A DNA stretch of 59,271 nt, counting the filler, from Basidiobolus ranarum (Eukaryota), in assembly GCA_040143965.1 (NCBI GenBank). It is 6 parts of 6 records of this genome, joined end to end, with 100 filler letters (N's around TTAATTAATTAA, not from the genome) between each part and the next. Parts side by side here need not be neighbours in the genome. Positions count along the whole stretch, not along the records: positions 49,497 to 59,271 come from JASJQH010007660.1; 5 more parts are not named here. One strand, given 5' to 3'. Of this stretch, positions 52,401 through 59,271 are shown piece after piece. The notes below the pieces were generated by a model. The model saw only the letters and a program-made list of their open reading frames with translations, ran no database searches and had not been told where the DNA came from. The translations under genes were made by a program, and so were the position numbers. Each line of letters opens with the position of its first letter. The first letter of the stretch is position 1.

Positions 52401-55400
52401 TGCCTATGCGCAAAAGTAGATATAGATAAATATTTTTGCAACACGTAGACCTATCATGTTGGCCACCTGATCGAAACGTGGTGTGCACTATGACCAATCA
52501 GATCTACTACTGTATTTGCTTTGATAAACCAAAATAATGGATAATGCAGTTAGCTTGAATTCTTTTCACAATCGGATCTACTTACCGCTGACCAATCCTT
52601 GTTTGAGAAAGATTGGTTTTATTAAGTTTAATAAAGGATTTATTAATCTCGCTTTCGCAGGCGAGCATACCTACAGACTAATAAAACACTTGGTCTAATA
52701 CACCGTTAACAATTCCCAAAATACATGCTCTGGTGCAGTAAGTGCACTCATGTGGTGTATCGCTGTTCTTACTAGAGATAGAACACTGTATGATTCTTCA
52801 CCACGCGTTAGATACTGAAATGGCAGCAGGCCCATCTGAAACATTATCTCCGTATCACATCCAAGTAGCTAGATGTATCTTGACACATAAGAACCCCATG
52901 AAATCATCTATATAATTGCTTTGTATTGTGATTCTTCATTGAATTGCCATCTTCCCCTAACACTCACCGGGTAAGAAGCGGGGTAGTTTCTTTCTGAAAT
53001 TAAGTATTCAGATTTCGTATATGTGGTCATACTCTCACTTTATTCTAAGCTATCAAATATTCACTCGATAGGTAGCTAAATGGTGGATGAATATGACTTC
53101 TCAGCAAGTTTATACTATGAGAATCTCAGAATGCGAGCGGCAGAACTAAGTCAAGATAATGGGAATAACAGACTTAATCATGTTGAAGTGGATTGTAAAT
53201 TAAAGTCATCATGTAGTAGAGTAAGGTGGCTATACCTCGAGTAAAAGAATGGACTATACTATTTGTATAGGGTGTACTTTCTATAAATCTAGTGCTTATA
53301 GAATCAAAATCACTTAGCCTGATGAAAAATCACCAGAAGAGAGGCACACTCAAACAGCATATGACAAAGAAGGGTAGTATTGTCTGGTGAAAAATTACGC
53401 GGAGGAAAAGTACACTCTAGTAGTATATTCTAGAGTTAGTGTAAGATGGAACGCGCTCTAGAAATATTTCCTTATGAGTCATTTACTTAATTTCGGGATT
53501 GGTGGCTGGTCTAATCTTATCCTCTACATCCGAAATACTTACTATACTTTTATTTCATGTTTACAATTGAAGCCTCATTTTGCCTGATTATTTTCCCCAG
53601 CAAAAGAATACATCGAGGCATAACCTCGATGCCGATATGAGGTAGCGTATTTCTGTGCTTGATATTGTTTTTTCAGATAAGCCTGCTACTGCACATTTGG
53701 TGTCATATTCAATCTTTTCAGTAGTTTAACGCGACAAAGCCTAACCATATTGTAAAGACGATTGACAAGAGTAGATATGAAAGCCAAAAAATTGAAATGA
53801 ACTTATAATGCCGCTCACTCAAAAAACTGTACTTGCGCATATCATGACCAGCTATACTTGGCACAAGTAAAGAATGACCATCTCATATTTAAATATATAT
53901 TTAGAAGTGAAGTATAATAACAGTCGAGATACTCCAATAGCAAAATTTAGGTAACTTGTATTTTGCTACTATTTCCAAAATATATGCACTAGCTGTAACT
54001 TCAGTATACACCTTGAATATCCTATACTATGATTAGACGTAGCGTGTAGTTAGGCGTTCAGTAGTCGTATTCTAGCATCAATCACAGCATTGAAGTGCAC
54101 TGTAGAAACAGATATCGACTTTCTTTGTTGTGTATATTAAGCACCGTGCTTTTTGTCATCAGTTACGATCATGGCAGAATTCAAGTATTCCATTTTCTCT
54201 ATGTTGAGGCTTGCCAATGCTAGGTTTATGGCTTCCCTAAATATAGAATTCTCAGTGGACTTTGAACCAGAGTTTACTTCACGGAATCGCATGACTATAC
54301 TTGGCAACAAAATATAGAAATACTGCTGTCGGTACACATTCCAAGTGGTCATGGGTCGAACAATCTGAGAGCTTTGAATGGGTTCGATAATTTGCCCTTT
54401 CTCAATGGTTTCAAGATATTTTTCAATTCAATGCACCAGTTTAAAGTTCGGAATATTTCTCAGATAAACTATCCTCGAGTAATCCTTTATCAGTCAAGAG
54501 ATTCGTGGGCCTGGGCCTGGATCATGTGTGCCACGTGTGAAAAAACTCAATATTTGCTAGCTAGGCTATTTTGGATATAATGAATCAAGGTTTCATTCTT
54601 CCGCCCAGAATCTTTCGAATGTTACTATTCATGGATGCCTTGTGCTTGATAATATCTTATTTGACCAGGTAGACGTATCAGGCCAGTATTGGTAAAAGAT
54701 ATGTCTGATGATAAGTATCCGTTGTCGGCATAGTTGGCAATGGTAGAGCCTATTGGATGTAAGGATCCTCATCGACGTATTCAGTAGTATTAATAGTGCT
54801 CCAAATTTCAAGATACTCCCAAGACAGAACAATTACTCTAATATTGCAGGTAGACAAATAATGAGCAATATGATGCATTAAATAAATTCATGACTCCATA
54901 TCAAGATCTATGCGAATACGAGCACGAGGTCTTGATTTATCCAGAACACAAACACAGAATATACCAGATGATGCCTAGCCCTGACCTCTACCTCCTCCCT
55001 AGGAATTTGGTTTCAATCGATAAGTAAAGATTACATCTTCTGTCGGCTTTCATACTCTAGCCATAATTGCCGCTAAGTGTAACGAAAGACAATTCGGGGA
55101 GAGGAATACAAGCGATGCGGCTTTTATTCAACGATCCAAATGGAGTGCTATGTCAAGGCCCAACAGGAGTAGAGAAGTGGAAATCATCATTTCAGATGTA
55201 TTAGTCATCGGCAATTACTTCCGTATTTGACTTAGTTAATATATAGTGCATCTTTAGGAGCTATTCTGCACTGATCTTGAGGTACGGACTCCTTCTTCTT
55301 TGGTGCCTGTGATCTACAAATAGAATCCAACAAACTTTTAGATTCCCATACAGCAGGTGTAGAGTCTCGTAGAGTAAGCATTCAACACTATTCTCGTACA

Positions 55401-56150
55401 TATATCATTGGGACTATCAATGCATCTGTAAGTGTTAGAGGCATGGCATCCAGTAGGAGTATGTAGTCAGTGTACATGAAAACACAAATCACTAGATTGT
55501 TTAACTTCCAATGCAATCCCAAAGCTCCAAACAAAGGGCCATCATTTGTCCCGTAAATACAGTGTGGTGGGCCCAGAACCAAGCTCAGCAATTCAGCATT
55601 GGTGGGTATATCGTTTCTTGCCGCTATTGATAAGAATCTGAGTGATTTAGGTAGCGTCAGGCATTCGTAATATACTTGGTGTGACTGTTTCAGACTAGTA
55701 GAATATGCTGACCTATATCACTTTCTAAGATTGATGGGAGACTTCGCTTGTCTTTCTTCAAAACGATCGTTTGAAACCAACTGGCCTTTTGCCAATCCAT
55801 TAAATGATATACAAAATGGAGCATTATGTGTTGGGTGATTGGCAGTGGATAGTGTAAGAACACACCATAAATCATGCGTGTTACTTCAACTGAGTCATTT
55901 AAAATGAGCAAAAATAGCGCTTTCAATGGAGATCGGAAACACATTTCCACACAACAAACAGGTGCATGCTTCACCGAATGAGCACTCCGTTCCTGAACTT
56001 TGTATTAGATCCTACTCTATGACCGAATTGTTAATCTTTAAGCACACTGCTGATTCTGAAGGAGAAACACCGTGGCAGAATTTGGGTTTCAAATTTCTTC
56101 CCTGTTCAAGGGATAAATACATTTTGACTGGGCCATTTACTCTCTAACAT
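49497..56150 (-). pseudogene. Heavily decayed multimodular NRPS relic (apparent A-T-C-A-T-C-T-C, truncated by contig end)
   Basis: Degenerate, correctly ordered motifs on the minus strand across frames: FETQ..SPSESAV (~56070), RARIRIDLDME (~54910), DGHSLL (~53875), QANCIIHY (~52545), SVGYTNRLVL (~51820), YFHHIEAMNRRGYS (~50870), LLVIFEN (~50480), SVADLF..VLNLAQ (~49945), PDPIGVYP (~49805). Confidence 0.6.
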
Positions 56151-56366
56151 TGCGTCAATTTAGCAGTACATAATTGACTTGAAGTTCCTTCTCAGTGTTC
56201 GACTTCTTTTTGTTCACTGAAATCCTCCTCTTGCCTTCAATACTTGTTTTCCCAGGCCTTCGAGACACAACTTGACGGTACACACACTGGGTAAAATTAA
56301 GGCACCCTTTCATCAGAAGCATACTCTCCTTTCCTTGTAAACACCTACTCTACAGAGAATAGAATT

Positions 56367-58225
56367 ATGAAATTTCTAACATTGGCACTAACACTCGGCT
56401 CGTAGCTATTGGTACATGCCAGATCTGTACCACAGCAATCCACCAAATGTTCCAATATCGTGGTTAGAAAGGAGATTCGTCAGCTATCCCGAAAGGAATT
56501 AGCTGGCTTCATGAAGGGGATACAAGAGTTGAAGCGATTGGGAATCTTCGATAGATTAGCAAAGTTCGGTGCTGATTATTCCTACTTTTCAACCAGCACT
56601 CCCTCTTACTTACCCTGGAATCGATTCGTTCTGCGGATATTTGAGTATGCTTTGCAGGGTGTGAATCCCTCTATCGTTCTGCCTTATTGGGTAAGTGTCA
56701 AGTGTCACTTCTTGTATTCTCACCATTGCTAATCGCCTCATTTATTGGTTGTATCCTTCGATTTATGTGGATAGGATTGGACACTGGATTCGCAAGCGCC
56801 TGAAGATAGTGTTGTCTTCAAGTTGATGGGTGGCAATGGAGCAGGGGACAAACAGTGCGTCGCAGATGGGCCTTACAGATCTTGGGAGCTTCCATTTCCT
56901 CTACGACACTGTCTCAGAAGACAATTCAATGGCCCATACAACAAGATTCTCTCTTTTTGGTCGCCTGAGTCTATCGCGCTATTGATTAACGCGGATATTA
57001 CTTACCAAGAATTCAACAGCAGAATAGAAGCCGGGCCAAGTGGCTCAGTGGAGCAAGCGATAGGTGGAGAAATGGCGACACCCTTTAACCAACACGAGTA
57101 TGAATTTCTAACCTAGTGCATTCTACGGTTTCTCCATCTTCGCTAGACAATGACTAACTTCATTTTCAACCCTTTCTCTTTTTCTATTCATCACATAGTC
57201 CGCTTTGGTACTTGCATAGAGCGTATATCGACAAAATCTGGGTAGACTATCAAGCGAAATTCCCCGAGAAGAAGTACGAATACAACGGAGTGAACTTCAT
57301 CGGTGGTAACAATGCCCATGTATCAGATCGCATGATGCCATTCGGTGTACGCGTTGACTCTGTGATGGATAACAAGGGACCAGGAATGTGCTATAAGTAT
57401 TCGGATACGCCCAGTGCCCATATCAATCTCGATAATCCAGACCTTGAATCGTATGGACTCCCCGATTTAACCGGAAAAATCAATGATCGAGAGGCGTATG
57501 CCACTTTGCTAAATGGTGTTGCACCCTCCGATAGAGAGGATCAGAGCTCGTTAAGAGTGCCATTTGCAGTATCCAGACGTTTCATCGATTTCAATAGATT
57601 TAATTATACTGAAGTTCGTCGTTTGGAGGTGTTGAACAGTGTTTTCGTAAATCAATTAAATTCGCAAGGCTATCAGTCAATAGTTAATTTGGCTAACAGG
57701 CAAGATACCTGGAACAATTGTGCCGCGCTTGGAAGTAAATATGGCACTACTTATGGTAATCAAAACGCCAAACCTGACCATACTTTGCCAACTTGTGACA
57801 CAACTGCGCCATTCTGTGCCTTCTATCCTTTGATGGAGCAAGCTCTAAAGGAACGTAAGAGTATCGCTGAAATCGAAGATGCCTCTCCAGTATTGAATGT
57901 GGTAAAGAACCCTAACATACGAGCAAAAGGTTCTCTACCATCTAGTGGTAGGGGTGGTGGTATTTCTGATACTAAGGGTATGGTCTTTAAAGATGGTAAA
58001 TGGGTTCGTCAAGATGGCACTGTATACACACAAGTACGCAGAAAGGGTGGTGCTGGAAGTGCCGGTCAGTGGCGTTTCGTTGGCGGAAGATGGGTCAAAC
58101 GCGAAAGTGGCTCCAATGTCCAGATCACAAAGAGAGTCAAGGGATCTCACAGCGGCCATGGCAGGAGAAAGGTTATCAAAGTTACTCGTGTTATACGTCG
58201 AGCCGATGACGAGCAGTATGAGTGA
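56367..58225 (+). CDS. Tyrosinase-fold secreted protein lacking copper ligands; in-frame TAG at codon 13
   Basis: CSNIVVRKEIRQLS, YLPWNRFVL..FEYALQ....IVLPYW-DWT.DSQAP, GGNG....CVADGPY, HCLRRQF, IEAGPSGSVEQAIGGEM, DPLWYLHRAYIDKIW, CYKY. 3 exons. Confidence 0.85.
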
Positions 58226-58564
58226 TATGTGTTTCTCTATTTTCGAGCAAAGAACCCCTTGTATGGTTTTTATGATATATGACGCTATATTTTCCAATAG
58301 TGAAATAAACATAACAGTTCATCAAGAATCGATGCTTTGTTTGTTAATATCACAAATTATTGGCAGATTCTCAATCATTACCACGTGATCATATACCCTG
58401 AGATTCAGCTGCTTAGTGAAGTATTAACGGTTGATAGCAGCAATATAATTGGTCATTGAATTGTGTTGACATCAATAATGTGAAAAACATGGTGACTAAC
58501 TGAAAATTAACTAAATAGCTGCTTGCAGTCGATTGTACTCAACACCCAAGTCCACACAACAAAA

Positions 58565-59096
58565 ATGTCGCTAAAATCGGGTAAGATAGTGTTTATTAAA
58601 GAATTGGTTCAGTCCTTGAACGACTGGGAAGGTGAAAGTGTAAGAGTCACAGGATTGTAAGTAAACACTTGTCTATCTTTAAACAAGACAAACCACCGTA
58701 ACCAATTTCAATTTTGTTGTAGACTTGTGACTTACGATGTCCATACCAACTTGGCAACAATTCAGCATAATGACTATACTTTAACTATTGATACCTCTTT
58801 ACTTGGAGTATTCTCTCATAGAATCAACGGTCTATTTCAGTTTGTTGGGGAATTAAGCAATCAAGTTAGTCCTCTCACCTTTTTTAATCAATATTTCGAC
58901 CACTTATGAATATCCTACTAAGCCAAACATACCTATATAGAATCCCCAGCAACCACAAAAGACTCGCAATATCTCGGAATATCTACTACTAGCAAGAGTA
59001 GTGAGAAATATGGAAGGATTAGATTTGCAACTTTATGAGAAGGCAATAGCCATACGTAAAAAGTTCGAAAAAGATAGGAAAGGGTTAGGCTTTTGA
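58565..59096 (+). CDS. TEN1: CST complex telomere-capping subunit Ten1 (animal/plant-type OB fold), 3 exons
   Basis: SGKIVFIKEL..GESVRVTGLLVTYD..LATI..LTIDTSLL..LFQFVGEL..LLARVVRNMEGLDLQLYEKAIAIRKKF. Confidence 0.85.
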
Positions 59097-59161
59097 GGAA
59101 AAGTAACTACGTGCTGGTAGTGACGAAGTTGGAGACCCGTACCTCTACTTTCAATGATGCT

Positions 59162-59271
59162 GATCGCGCCGGGCGGGGGCGCGCCGGGCGCGACGGTGGC
59201 GTGGGAGGTCGGCAGAGGGGGTGGCGCAGAGGGCTCCCAGGGCTGGGTGTGGGGTGAGTGTTGTCTGGGGA
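59162..59271. other. Abrupt very GC-rich tail, probable chimeric or contaminant contig end
   Basis: Composition jumps from AT-rich to G/C-dominated exactly after a GATC at 59162-59165. Confidence 0.6.

Noticed and set aside
49497-58225. NRPS relic plus tyrosinase-like gene as a functional biosynthetic cluster
   Set aside because: Divergent neighbours ~200 bp apart, but the NRPS is long dead and the tyrosinase lacks copper ligands; a past link cannot be supported from sequence alone.
1-59271. tRNA, rRNA, CRISPR arrays, TPP riboswitch, SECIS
   Set aside because: No convincing instances seen by eye; a covariance-model scan would be needed to exclude them.

Overview
Eukaryotic, AT-rich, short-intron fungal DNA. 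The gene content suggests an early-diverging fungus, possibly Basidiobolus-like Zoopagomycota (inference). The window is not one locus: it is six ~9.8-kb contigs of steadily decreasing length (9811, 9807, 9800, 9793, 9785, 9775 bp) joined by 100-bp N spacers carrying TTAATTAATTAA, so adjacency across gaps is probably meaningless. Recognisable genes: Rab GGTase alpha, an Mpv17/PMP22 protein, a STYX-like phosphatase, Rogdi/Rav2, lipoyl synthase, an Ino4-like bHLH factor, an SLC17-type MFS transporter, D-2-hydroxyglutarate/D-lactate dehydrogenase, alanine-glyoxylate aminotransferase, RPS15, AVL9, MSS51, ADE4, a CDF metal transporter, a pepsin-like protease and TEN1. There is also a dead Ty1/Copia element with several LTR-derived copies. 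Most notable: (1) a 47-aa secreted 4-Cys micropeptide gene below the ORF-track cutoff; (2) a tyrosinase-fold protein that has lost all six copper-ligand histidines; (3) a ~6.6-kb heavily decayed multimodular NRPS relic (apparent A-T-C-A-T-C-T-C) in apparently intergenic DNA; (4) Copia LTR copies rearranged into inverted-repeat/foldback structures; (5) a STYX orthologue retaining the catalytic Cys; (6) a SERTA-like small protein.
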